Below are positions 23,667 to 35,200 of a stretch of 64,000 nt of DNA, one piece after another. The first letter of the stretch is position 1; each line of letters opens with the position of its first letter. Where the stretch lies: assembly GCF_036971445.1 (NCBI RefSeq), contig NC_091475.1, forward strand, positions 196,788,001-196,852,000, written 5' to 3'. The notes under the pieces were generated by a model. The model saw only the letters and a list, made by a program, of their open reading frames with translations, had not been told where the DNA came from and did not search any database. A program made the position numbers and the translations under genes. Source of the stretch: Narcine bancroftii (taxonomy: Eukaryota).

Positions 23667-26665
23667 TCCGTCAAAGTAGGAGGAGGAGGGAACGACTCGG
23701 AGATCAGTGAGTGCAAGGAAGCACCTGAGGTGAGTGGGCTTTAAAAGGAGCATGGAGGCCAAATGAAGGCTTAAACAGAGTGTTGATTTATGGGAGTAAG
23801 TAATTTACATAATTGGCAGGGTCAAATAATAGAAGGGGTTGCTAAAGAGGAGTGGCCAATGAGGGAGTGGAATTTTAGCTTGAGAGGATTCAGAGGCTGA
23901 CGAAGAGCTTGTTCCCAATAAGGTAAGGCTGGAATTTTCTTTAATTAATTTAATTAGTTTAGGAGTAGGTAATGGAGGCAAAAGTTAGGGCAATCCAGTG
24001 CCCTGTTTGTAGGATGTGGGAAGTGAGGGGCAGCATTTTTGTTCCTGACAACTACACTTTCAAAAGGTGCATCCAACTGCAGCTCCTGACAAACTGAGTT
24101 AGGGAACTGGAGCTGGAGCAGCAGGCAGAAGTAATGATAGATAGCAGTTTCAGGGAGGCGGTCACCCTGAAAGACCAAGAAACAGGGTGACTGTCAGGAG
24201 AGGGAAGGAGAATAGCCAGAGAGAGCTGAGCAACCCCTGTGGCTGTTCCCCTCAACAAGTATATTGTTTTAGATACTGTTAGGGTGGGGGGAATGATCCA
24301 CCGGGGACAAGTTGAGGTGGCCATCTGGCGGAGAAAAGAATGGAGGAGAAAAGGAGAGCTATGGTAACTGGGGTCTCATTGGTTAGGAGAGCAGATAGGC
24401 GGTTCTGTAAATTAGATCAAGGTTCGAAAATGGTATGTTGCCTCCCAGATGCCAGGGTCAGGGATGTCTCTGAACAAGTTCACAGCTTTCTGGAGGGGGA
24501 GGGGGAAGCAGCCAGATGTTGTGGGGACCAAAGACATAGATAGGAGTAGGGATGTGGTCCTGAAGAGGGAATATAGGGAGTTAGGAAAGAAGTTAAAAAG
24601 CAGGACCTCAAGGGTGGTAATTTCAGGACTGCTGCCTGTGCCATGTGCCAGAGAGGGTAGGAACAGGAAGTTGTGGCAGATGAATGCATGGCTGAAGAGT
24701 TGGTGCCAGGGTCAGGGGTTCAGATTTGTGCATCATTGGGATTCCTTCTGGGGAAGGTCTGACCTGTACAAAAAGGATGGGCTGCACCGGAACTGGATGG
24801 GGACCAATATCCTGGCAGGCAGGTTGGATAGAGCTGTTGGGGAGGGTTTAAATGAGTTTGGCAAGGGGTGGGAATCTGAATGTGATTGCAGAAATAAGGG
24901 TAGAAGGACAAAAGCATGATACTAGGTGCTCTGAGTTAGTGAAGAAGGACAGGCAGGGGACAAAATAGAAAGGTAGCCAGTTAGAGGGATTGAAATTTGC
25001 CTTTTTCAATGCTAGGAGTATTAGGAATAAAGAGGACAAACTTAGAGCATGGATCAATATGGGCCACTAAAGGATAAAGGAGGCAACATGTGCCTGGAGA
25101 CAGAGGAGGTTGGGGAGGTCCTAAATGAATACTTTGTGTCAGTATTCACAAGAGAACAAGGACTTTGATCAAGATGAGTCTGAAATTGAACAGGCATCTG
25201 TGCAGGACATTGTGGAAATTAAGGAAATGGAAGAGTTGGATATTCTTAAAAATATCAAGATTGATGTCCCTGAAGCCAGATGTGATAGACCCCAGGCAGC
25301 TGTGTGAAGTGAGGTAAGTGATAGCTGGGGCACTAGCTATGATCTTTGCATCCTCTTTGGCCATAGGTGCTGGAGGAGTGGAGAATGGCCAATGTAGTCC
25401 CCTTGTTTAAAAAAAGGTAATAGAGAAAATTCTGGAAATTATAGACCAGTGAGTCTTGCGTCAGAGGTGTGTAAACTAATGGACAAGATTCTTAAGGATA
25501 GGATCAATGAGTAATTGGAGAAGTAAAGTCTACTCAAGGATAGTCAGCATGGCTTTGTGTCTCACGAGCCTTATTGAGATTTTTGAGGAAGTACCAAAAG
25601 AAATTGATGAGGGTAGGACGGTAGATGTGGTCTATGTGGATTTTAGTAAGACATTTGACAACTGTCCCCCACAAGAGATTTATCCAGAAAGTCATGAGGC
25701 ACTAGACCAGTGGAATCTTGCCTGTATGAATAAAAAATTGGCTTGAAGGAAGAAAGCAGAGTGTAATAGTGGAAGGAAATTATTCTGCCTGGAGTGCCGT
25801 AGGGATCTGTTCTGGGATCCCTACTCTTCGTGATTTTTATAAATGACCTGGATGAAGAGGCAGAAGGATGAGTCATTGTGTTTACAGTTGAAACGAAGGT
25901 TGGAGGAGCTGTAGATGGAGCTGAAGGTTGTCAAATGTTACAAGAGGATATGGACAGGATGCAGAGTTGGGCAGTAAAAAGAGGCAGATGGATTTTAAGT
26001 GTGAGGTGATGTATTTTGGAAGGACAAACCAGAAGGCTGGGTTAATGGTCGGTTACTTAAGAGTATAGATGAACAGAGGGAACTTGGGGTACAAATCCAT
26101 ACATCCTTCAAGGTCGCCGCATAGGTTGATACGAAAGTTAAGCAGGTTTAGGTGATGCTGGGATTAATTAATAAGGGGATGAGATCAGAAGTAGAGGAGT
26201 CATGTGCAACTCTACAAATCTCTGGTGAGACCACACTTGAAGAATTGTGTTCAATTCTGGTCACCTCATTATAGGAAGGATGTAAAAGCTAAAGAGAGAG
26301 TGCAGAGGAGATTTACTGGGATGCTGCCTGGATCAGAAAATAAGTCGATGAGGCAAGGTTAGCAGAACTGGGACTTTTCTCTTTGGAGCAAAGAAGGATG
26401 AGAGGAAACTTAATAGAGGTCTACAACATTCTGAGAGGCAACCAGTGCCTTTTTCCTAGAGCAGGAATAGCGAAACCCAGAAGACATATATACAAAGTGA
26501 ACGGAGGAAAGTTTAAGGGAGACATCAGGGGTAAGTTTGTTTTAAACTGAGTTGTGGGTGCCTGAAATGCCTTGCCAGGGATACTGGTGGAGTCTGGTTA
26601 TGGGGTAGGGAGGGTTAGTATTTTTTTTAGGAAGGGCCTGTACTGTGCTGTATTGTTCTAATTGT
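23667..26665 (+). mobile_element. CR1 LINE with 5' UTR, ORF1 (zinc finger/leucine zipper plus SGNH esterase) and internally deleted ORF2
   Basis: MEAKVRAIQCPVCRMWE...RCIQLQLL (from 23972); esterase VCCLPDARVRDV...VVISGLLPVP...LYKKDGLH (24340-24919); endonuclease start FFNARSIRNK (~25000) joined to GPLKDKGG...LNEYF; RT motifs NYRPVSL, VDVVYVDFSKTFD, GSVLGSLLFVIFINDLDE. Confidence 0.9.
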
Positions 26666-28255
26666 AATTCTGAGAGCAGTGAGGTAATGTTACAGCTATA
26701 TAAGATCTTAGTTAGACCCTACTTGGGACATTGTGTTCATTTCTGGTCACTTCATTAAAGGAAGGATGCGAATGCTATAGAAAAAATGCAGAGGAGATTT
26801 ACAAGTATGTTGCCTAGATTGGAGAGCATGCCTTATGAGAACAAGTTGAATGAACCTGGTCTTTTCTCCTTGGAGCGATGGAGGATGAGGGGTGACCTGA
26901 TAAAGGTGTTCAAGATGATGAGAGGCATTGAACGCATCGATGACCAGAGGCTTCTTAGACTGGCTGACACTAGAACAACTAGTTTTAAGGTGCTTGAGAG
27001 GATGCAAGTTCTCCACACAGAGAGGAATGCGCTGCCGGCAACAGTGGTGGAGGCTGGTACAATAGGATCGGTTAAGAGACTATTAGAATCGGTGCATGGA
27101 TCATGGAGGGTTATACAGTAAGGAAATTCTAGGCTGTTTTGTATAGTAGGTTATTATGTTGGCACAGCACTGTGGGCTGAAGGGCCTGTAACTATGCTGC
27201 AGTATTTTTGAGTATATTCTGTCTCTCCCATGGCATCTTTTGTCCCCCATCTCACATTCACACAGAGACTGAGCTCCACATCGGGCAGAGAGGATGAAAA
27301 ATCACTTGACTAGAAATTGCCCTTTTTTAGTTCCCTTGATATCACACTCACACCCAATCTCATCTCCCCTGAAACCTAATGTGGAACTGGGTAAAAACAG
27401 TTCAAAGTGGTGCTGAAAGGACCTCAGTAATTCAAAAAAGGTCAAAATAGGGACAGGCAATAAATGCTGGCCCTTGACAAATGATCTCAATACCTGAACA
27501 TTATTTTATTATGAGAGTTCACCAAAGCTTGAGGTTGCACCTAGAAGCTCTGATTGAAAGCATCAGGACTTGCGTCATCCTGCACATAATGACTTCACAA
27601 GTCATGTAATTAAGAACGTAAAACATAATAGTGCAGCGCAGCTTCGTCAGCCCATGATGTTGTGTCGACCTGTGAAAACCACAACCATCTAAGTTTTCCC
27701 TGCCTCTATTTTTCTTACATCCTTGTGCCTATCTAAAAGTCATTTGAATGTTCTGTCCAAGGTCAACCTACTCCACATCAATCAACGGAAGAAGTCTTCT
27801 AGGGAATTGGGTCAGTTTGGATTTTCCAGATATTCGGACAGTATTTTCAAAATTCAAATTTAAGAAGACATGGACAGGATAACATTGATAGTTTATTCAT
27901 TAGCAAATACAACATATTTCATTTATCAAGAGGAGCAGTTTTAAAGAAAAATAAAGTGGTTGCTTGTTACTGCCATTCATCCGTGGTACTGACGCATGCA
28001 CACAAAGCCCACTAAATTTTAAAAGTTTGAGAGATTTCAAAAAGTCTGAATTATCAGGTAGTCTGGATTTCTGGCATCTGGAATTTTGAATTTCTACTTA
28101 TTCCTTCTCTACCCCCTCCCTCACCCATTTTTTTTTCTTACATCCATGTTCTTATCTAAGAATCTTCTGAATATCTTTACTGTAGCAGCCTTCACCACCA
28201 CCTCTGGCAATGCATTCCAGGCAGGGCTGGATTCAGACCAACTGATACCCTAAGC

Positions 28256-28618
28256 CAATGGTTCTCAACTTTTTTCTTTCCACTCACATACCACTTTAAG
28301 AATATAGGTGCTCTGTGATTAGTAAGGGATTGCTTAAGGTGGTTTGTGGGTGAAAAAAAAAACATTTGAAAACCATTGTTTTAATCATACCTAATCAACT
28401 TGTAATGTGCACAGTTTCATAACTCCAAAGGTAATGGGCCAATAACAAATTTTTATCAAGCAAAATATTTCTGTAAAAATTGGGTCTAGAGCAGTGATTC
28501 TCAACCCTTCCCACTCACATACCACCTTAAGCAATCCCTTTCTAATCACAGAGCACCAATGGCATTGGGATTACTTAAAGTGGTATGTGAGTGGAAAGAA
28601 AAAGGTTGAGAATCACTG
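28256..28618. mobile_element. hAT-Charlie-like composite palindromic MITE, copy 2
   Basis: Ends caatggttctcaac / gttgagaatcactg; TSD ccctaagc / cccgaaga (6/8). Two inverted ~125-bp arms (28256-28378 and 28492-28618). Confidence 0.85.
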
Positions 28619-28919
28619 CCCGAAGAACAGCCCAATGGTTCCCCCTCAACCCTTCCGTTGCCTAACTGACAAGACATTAAGACTCAATAAGTGCTCAATG
28701 TGAAATAATAAGATTAAAAATTCAGTTTTCTTCCATGTCAGACTCCACAACTATATTAAATCTAGTGTCTGTGTGTCTGTATGTGTATGTTTTTTTTTTC
28801 ATTTATTTTGGGGGGGCTTTTTTGTGGGGCCCTAGTTCAGCTGCATTATGGTATAATCGGCACTAAAAAAACCCTGGTGTTCCCTTTCCTTGGTGTCGTA
28901 AGTGCATATTTAATGGTTA

Positions 28920-29528
28920 ATTTTTTTTTTCAATTTGGGCAAACAGCACGGTAACACGTGTTAGGTAAAAACACCATGAGCTGGGAATGTAGAAGGAGTC
29001 ACCCAGTGCTGGGCCGTAACAAGATGCAGTTGTGACCTTGTACTCTCAAGATAAGAGTGGGGATGACAAATTGATGTGCAGGAAACTAGCAGAGAAGGAT
29101 AGCAACAGTTTATTCATTGGACAATGTCATGGTATGATAATTTACTAAGTACGTATCCTAAGGTATATAAAAAACACCACTTGCTGATAACGGCAGAATG
29201 CGCCTTCTCCAACTAACACTGTTAGTTGCAAGTGTTACAATCCGGCAATAAAGAACAAAGAACCTTGATTTCAACTCAGTCTGGTGTTTGACTCACTCAT
29301 TCATGAACAAAGCAGACCTAACACAGGCCGTGCCGCCTAATTTACACCCCATTAACCTACACCCCGGTACATTTTGAATGGTGGGAGGAAACCAGAGCCC
29401 CTGGGGAAAATCCACGCAGACCTGGGGAGAACGTACAAGCTCCTTACAGACAGCGAGGGATTCAAACCCTGATCTTGATCACTGGTGCGGTAGAGGCATT
29501 GCGCTAACCACTACGCCAACTGTGCCGC
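28920..29528 (-). mobile_element. V-SINE/HE1-like SINE split by a solo LTR
   Basis: Tail at 28920-28958; body and head at 29324-29528 (reverse complement gcggcacagttggcgtagtggttagcgc...). Confidence 0.8.
28959..29323 (+). mobile_element. Solo LTR (365 bp)
   Basis: Inverted termini tgttaggt / acctaaca; 4-bp TSD cacg/cagg; TATA-like tatataaaa at 29164-29172; AATAAA at 29247-29252. Confidence 0.8.
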
Positions 29529-30269
29529 AAATCCAGGCCTAGTTCCAGGCACCCACCACTCTCTGTGTTTTTGGAAGAAAAAAAACGTACCTCTTCTATC
29601 TCACCTCAACTTTGTTCCACTCACCTTTTTCAAAGTGTAGTCAGATACAATGGAAAAGAATGAGTCTCGTCAAGGTGCACTGTGCACGGAAGGGCCTGGC
29701 TGAATTTCCTAGAAATGATCATTGGGATTATCAAATGTTTTGCAGAATGATAATTAAAACAAACTGATCTAATTCCAGGGCTTCTCTTCCAAAAGTAGTG
29801 CCCAGTGTCTGAATAAAATTAAGTACAGATTGAAAACTGCACACATAAGGAACCAGGGGAAAGAAAGAAAAAAGACAAGATGTGATGGAACGTTCTGTTC
29901 TTTATTAAACTCGGTGCATTAGAAACATATCCCAAAATAGGGTAAATGCTCTTTTTTTTTCTAGTACTGGTAGTATTCACTTTGATAAACAATTTGCTCA
30001 ATTCTATGAAAGAAAGATGAAGTGAATGGAAAAAGGATCCATTTTCATAAAGCTGCATTATAGTTATAGAGTAGATTTTCTTTCCAGAAATAGGCTTTAT
30101 TCACAATAAATTATTTACAAAAAATAAGCCGTTCAAAGTTTCTTCACATCCTTAGTGCTATGTCCATGCATTCCCATCACTCCATACAGCCCCATCACTG
30201 TACATTATTACATATTGTCTGTTTACAACATTGCCTTCTCATTATTCCCCATCACCCCCCACTTCCGGC

Positions 30270-30497
30270 TTAAACTAAATTTAGATATACAGCCCTTCAG
30301 GCCTGTGTGGTACATTTAAACCCAATTAAACTACAACCCTTGGACACTTTGAAGGGTGGGAGGAAACCGGAGCACCCGAAGGAACCCTGCGCAGGCGGGA
30401 AAGAACATTCAATCTCCTCGCAGACAGCGCCGATTTCGAACCTGGGGCATTGGTGCTGTAAAAGCATTGCGCTAATGGCTACGCTTACCGTGCCGTC
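30270..30497 (-). mobile_element. V-SINE/HE1-like SINE
   Basis: Reverse complement of the head ggcacggtaagcgtagccattagc, B box ggttcgaaatc and V core. Confidence 0.75.
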
Positions 30498-30639
30498 AAA
30501 GGGTTTGAGAGGCTTTTCCTCGGCCTCGGCCCTTCAATCCCCAGTTACACAAGAATTCCAGACTGTCGTCCTTCCCGATGATACTCTCCCGTTGGCTGGC
30601 TATTGGCATCAATGACAGTACAAGCATTTATTCTCCATT

Positions 30640-30790
30640 CCAAGTTGTTCGAAGTGCAGATTTATTGTCAGAGTACATATATGACATCACGTACAACCCT
30701 GAGATTCTTTTTGATGCAAGCCAGGCAGAATTTCTACTTCTCGGTAACTGTAAACTATATTGAACTCAGGAGAAAACTCACTATCAACCA
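30640..30790 (-). mobile_element. Rex1/Babar-type LINE 3' tail
   Basis: cagatttattgtcagagtacatatatgacatcacgtacaaccctgagattc, the reverse complement of the tail at 11155-11205. Confidence 0.75.
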
Positions 30791-31876
30791 CACTGGTGTA
30801 ATATCAAGTTGATACGGAAGATGTATTTCCTTCCCTTCAGAACAAGAGTGAAACAGATGGATTTTTAACAGTAGCAGGATACTAGTAGCAGCCATCATTA
30901 CTAAATATAGCTCTTTTAAAATGTTAATTTATTTAGAGAGTTGTATTTAAATTACCCAGCTGATGTTCTGGGGTTCAAATTCATGCTTCAGATTCAGTTC
31001 TTCATTCAGTAAAAATCAGAGTGGTACTGCCAGTATGTAGTTGGCTTAGAGGGAGCTGGTCTAACGTAAAACAGTATTAAAGTTAGATGGGTTGCTCGAA
31101 AAGCAAAGTAGGGTTACGTTTTTCTCTTTTTCATTTTCTCCATCCAGTGACCTCAAAGGCGAAACACATCTCCAAATGGAAACCATTTTTGGAGGCAAGA
31201 AAAGAGCACAATACTTTTTCTAAATGTGCTTTTTATCAATAAATTGATTTTTGACTGTGCCCTTGTGCAGTTAGCAGTGTGTGCTTTTGTAAGCATTTGC
31301 CTTTGTGACTTCTAACCCTATAGAAAGCAGTACTGCTAAATTATTTACGTGACCCACTCCCCTCTCAAGAACGAGGAATCCTTGGATGACAGCAATATGT
31401 ATTTGCATTTTCAATGAGCCTCCTGAGAAGAAAACTTGGAAATATTCCTGTGATGTTTGATATTAGCAATGATAATTCAGTCGTTTCATAATATAAACAT
31501 ACCCACCATGGAGTGAACAAAATAGAAGAAACAGCATTAACATTAATTGAAAATTAGCTCAGCTCTTCCCCAGATAACAGAAGGATTAAGTTCCAATCTG
31601 AAAATTCATACACTGGGGGGGGGCACAGTACATCGAACTCTCATGGGAGGTACTGGCTGCTGTGGATAGCGAGGGAAGTCAGTAGCCCAATAATCTCCTC
31701 TCAGTAAGGATGCAGTCTATCGAAAGCAAACTGCTCTTGTCTGCTAATTTGTCAAGCTGAAACATGCGATCCATTCATCCAATGTCCATTGTTGCCAGAT
31801 GCAAGAACGCAGCTTTTATTTTTGTTTCCATTTTAAATAGATTGCTTATTTCACAGACACCTTCTCCTTTTCCATT

Positions 31877-32112
31877 TGGGGCAACACATTTAGTACAGTG
31901 ATTGGCACGATGCTGTTGCAGGTTCGAATCCAGCGCTGTCTGCAAGGAGTCTATATCTTTTTCCCAGAGTCTGCGTGGGTTTTCCCTGGGGGTCCGGTTT
32001 CCTCCCACCCTTCAAAACATATGGGGATTGTAAGTTAATTTGGGTGTAATTGGGCGGCACGGGTTTAAATGGCCAGAATCAGCTTCTACCGTGCTGTGAA
32101 TACAATTTAAAA
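31877..32112 (+). mobile_element. V-SINE/HE1-like SINE
   Basis: B box ggttcgaatcc at 31921-31931 and core tctgcgtgggtttccctgggggtccggtttcctcccacc. Confidence 0.8.
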
Positions 32113-32774
32113 AATTTACCAGCTTAAAAAATACTGTTAGATGTAAAGTTTTTTTTTTGCAGACTTGTGCTTGAAAACCAACTTTCAATAATCCTGCACC
32201 AAACAAAACCTTCTTTAAGGGCAAATTAAATTAAATTCAACCATTCATTGCAGCAAAGATTTGTTAAGTAAATGTTCCCCCGCTCGGTGAGAGCTGTACC
32301 GGAGATTCTTTCTGAATATCATTATACACCAAGTAATTATCTTTAATCGAACAAATTAAGGAACAATTGCTTTTGCCTGGAGCCCTTAATCCTCTTTATC
32401 ACAGTCACACAAAGGACAGAAACAGAATAATGGGAAAAATATGATTCTTGTATGTTGGCGAGGGTATATGAATATTAATTGGATTTATACAGTGTGGGAA
32501 TGAACGGTAACAGGATCAGGATTGTTCCATAATCTGTATGGGTATTTAAGCCGTAGCTGACCTTAACTAACTTAATGAGATCATTAAAACACACGATCGA
32601 TTAATTACTGTTAAAATGATCATCAAGGTACCTCTGTTTGAGAGATTTTTCTCCATCATACCAGATCCATCATTTTCTGGATTATTCAACTTCTGTTTGT
32701 AGCCCTGGGTGAAGATGAGAGAGGAGATGCAGAGACCAGTTTTTCACTTTTCTATGGTTACAGCGGGAAGTGCC

Positions 32775-33385
32775 TCAAGGGATGGATGGTTGGGTGGGGA
32801 GGGACAAGCGAACTAGACACTCTTGGACAGACTCATCCCCGCCAAAAGTGGACTGGGTGGAGATGGGAAGAATGTAGCTCTCATAAAAGTTCATGACCTT
32901 TTGGGGTCTAAGATGGTGGGAGATCCAGGTGTATGTGCCCAGGCCTTTGAAGGTGGCTGAGCAGGTTGAGAATTCAATTACAAAACCACACAGGGCCCAG
33001 GGCCTCATGGATAAAAGCATAAAGTCAAAAAGTAGAAATAGATGAGGCAATTTTGAAACACTGGCTCAGCTATAAAGAAAATATTATTCTGGTCACCATA
33101 TTCCAGGATGGATATGAAGTCCTTGGAGAGGTTCAATCCAATCCACTAAAATAATTCCAGGGAAATTAGGGTTGTTTATCTTAGAAAAGTGAAGTTTGAG
33201 AATGGATGCAATGTTGAAATTAATGACAAAGGAAAAAGGTTTTCTGATAGTAAAAGATTTGTTGCTTCAGATTATAGGTCTACATGGGAAGGCTGCAGGA
33301 AAGAAAATAAATATCTTGCTAATGCATGAACTCAAGGACTGAAGAGCCTCCTTTACAGTTATTATTCATTTATTTTTATGATTCT
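32775..33385 (+). mobile_element. Highly degraded CR1 fragment
   Basis: Remnants such as ttctggtcaccatattccaggatggatatgaagtccttggagagg (W.P...KD...LE). Confidence 0.5.
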
Positions 33386-33602
33386 GTAAACTGCAACACC
33401 TCTTTAGAACCTCTTGAGCACAGTACACTCTCTTCAGCCCATTATGCTGTGCTAACAAATCCCTGACCACCTTAAACCCATAAGCCTTTGTTTATCTGGC
33501 ATCTATGTGCCTATAAGCCTTTTAAATTTCCTTTTCAATTGCAGCTGATTTTCTCACTCACAGTAGCAAAGTTTGTTGTGGAAGATTCCTGCTTTGAACA
33601 CA

Positions 33603-33825
33603 TTCAGATTTCAGATTTATTGTCAGAGTACATACATGACATCACATACAACCCTGAGATTCTTTTTCCTGAGATGAGGCAGAATTAGCACTTACTGGCA
33701 GACAAAAAAAAAACTGTACACATCTACACATGTCAACAAATAATGTAAACAAACTGGCTGTACAATAGAGAACAGAAGAAAAAAACAATCAACTGGACAA
33801 GTAAAGAGACCTAAATGAGTCCCCG
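33603..33825 (-). mobile_element. Rex1/Babar-type LINE 3' tail
   Basis: ttcagatttcagatttattgtcagagtacatacatgacatcacatacaaccctgagattc. Confidence 0.75.
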
Positions 33826-34229
33826 TGCGCTGCCCTCAGTATATGTTCTGCATATAACTTGGCAGTGAGATAAATGCTTTCCTAACATCAAGATTCTGAA
33901 GACCATTGTCCCCTTGTCCACAGGTTTATTGACGTTGCAAGGAAAGGTGAAACTAAAACATACAAAAAAACATAAACACACTCTGCTTGGTTTTAACATG
34001 TGCAAATATGCACAATGTAACTCTAACTTTAGCATGAATTAAATCCCCTTACTATTTTACTGTTACAGGTTTCATGTACTTATTTTATGTTTAATTTCAA
34101 ATGTAATATATGGCATCATATTTTAACATGTAATCAATTATCTGTTCATTTCGCAACAGTGACTCAATAGCTTCACAGTTTGCAACATTTTCCCAAAAAA
34201 TAATGATCTGTGATTGTAGATGACAATAT

Positions 34230-34784
34230 TCTTCTTTCTTTGGCTTGGCTTCGCGGACGAAGATTTATGGAGGGGGTAAAAGTCCACGTCAGCTGCAGGC
34301 TCGTTTGTGGCTGACAAGTCCGATGCGGGACAGGCAGACACGGTTGCAGCGGTTGCAGGGGAAAATTGGTGGGTTGGGGTTGGGTGTTGGGTTTTTCCTC
34401 CTTTTCCTTTTGTCAGTGAGGTGGGCTCTGCAGTCTTCTTCAAAGGAGGTTGCTGCCCGCCAAACTGTGAGGCGCCAAGATGCACGGTTTGAGGCGATAT
34501 CAGCCCACTGGCGGTGGTCAATGTGGTAGGCACCAAGAGATTTCTTTAGGCAGTCCTTGTACCTTTTCTTTGGTGCACCTCTGTCACGGTGGCCAGTGGA
34601 GAGCTCGCCATATAACACGATCTTGGGAAGGCGATGGTCCTCCATTCTGGAGACGTGACCCACCCAGCGCAGCTGGATCTTCAGCAGCGTGGACTCGATG
34701 CTGTCGACCTCTGCCATCTCGAGTACTTCGACGTTAGGGATGAAAGCGCTCCAATGAATGTTGAGGATGGAGCGGAGACAACGC
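34230..34784 (-). mobile_element. RTE LINE 3' fragment
   Basis: Near-identical to 1050-1600; ORF 34289-34804. 9-bp TSD tgacaatat at 34221-34229 and 34785-34793. Confidence 0.9.
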
Positions 34785-35200
34785 TGACAATATAAAACAA
34801 ACAATAAATACCCACGATCCTATCAAAGGCGTAAGATATTTGCAGATGTCCCTGGATTGGTTCAGAGACAATGAATATGACTGAGCCATGCTGGCTTACT
34901 TCCTGGTTACTGGCAGCATGACATAACTTCCTGTTGCTGACATCCTGTGATTCTTAGTGACCACAACATAATACAGAAACACTGCAAATTACTTTAGAAA
35001 GTTGAAACAAGTCTACTTACAAATAAACTTAGTTGGAACAAAACACCCCTATTGAGTTTATTGTTGAGGAGTCTGACAGTGGATGGGGTGACAGCTATTC
35101 CTGAACCTGGCGGTGAGAGCACCTCTACCTCTTTCTTGATGAAAGCAGTGAGAACAGAGTGCATGCTGGGTGGTGTGGATCCTTGATGATTGCTGGTGCT

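Larger units (their letters stand above)
17870..27205 (+). mobile_element. Older CR1 ORF2 3' fragment split into three pieces (17870-17981, 23537-23666, ~26672-27205) by later insertions
   Basis: The pieces read colinearly (QMEFNPVKCDVVHFG / EYTVNGRSL..VEE / EVMLQLYKILVRPYL...QRRFTSMLPRLESMPYE..LFSLERWRMRGDLI) and end in a CR1 3' UTR. Confidence 0.7.
28222..29541. mobile_element. Non-autonomous hAT-like element carrying three nested insertions
   Basis: Ends cagggctggatt / aatccaggccta (10/12 inverted match); 8-bp TSD attccagg (28214-28221) / gttccagg (29542-29549). Confidence 0.65.
27615..29630 (-). mobile_element. CR1 3' tail fragments (27615-27755, ~28110-28221, 29542-29630) hosting nested insertions
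   Basis: Reverse-complement CR1 tail text ...ctggcaatgcattccagg|cacccaccactctctgtg rejoins across the 28222-29541 insertion. Confidence 0.6.

Noticed and set aside
24340-24919. SGNH hydrolase/esterase as a captured host or bacterial gene
   Set aside because: An esterase domain is an established part of CR1 ORF1, and here it lies between the ORF1 zinc finger and ORF2 and is frameshifted.
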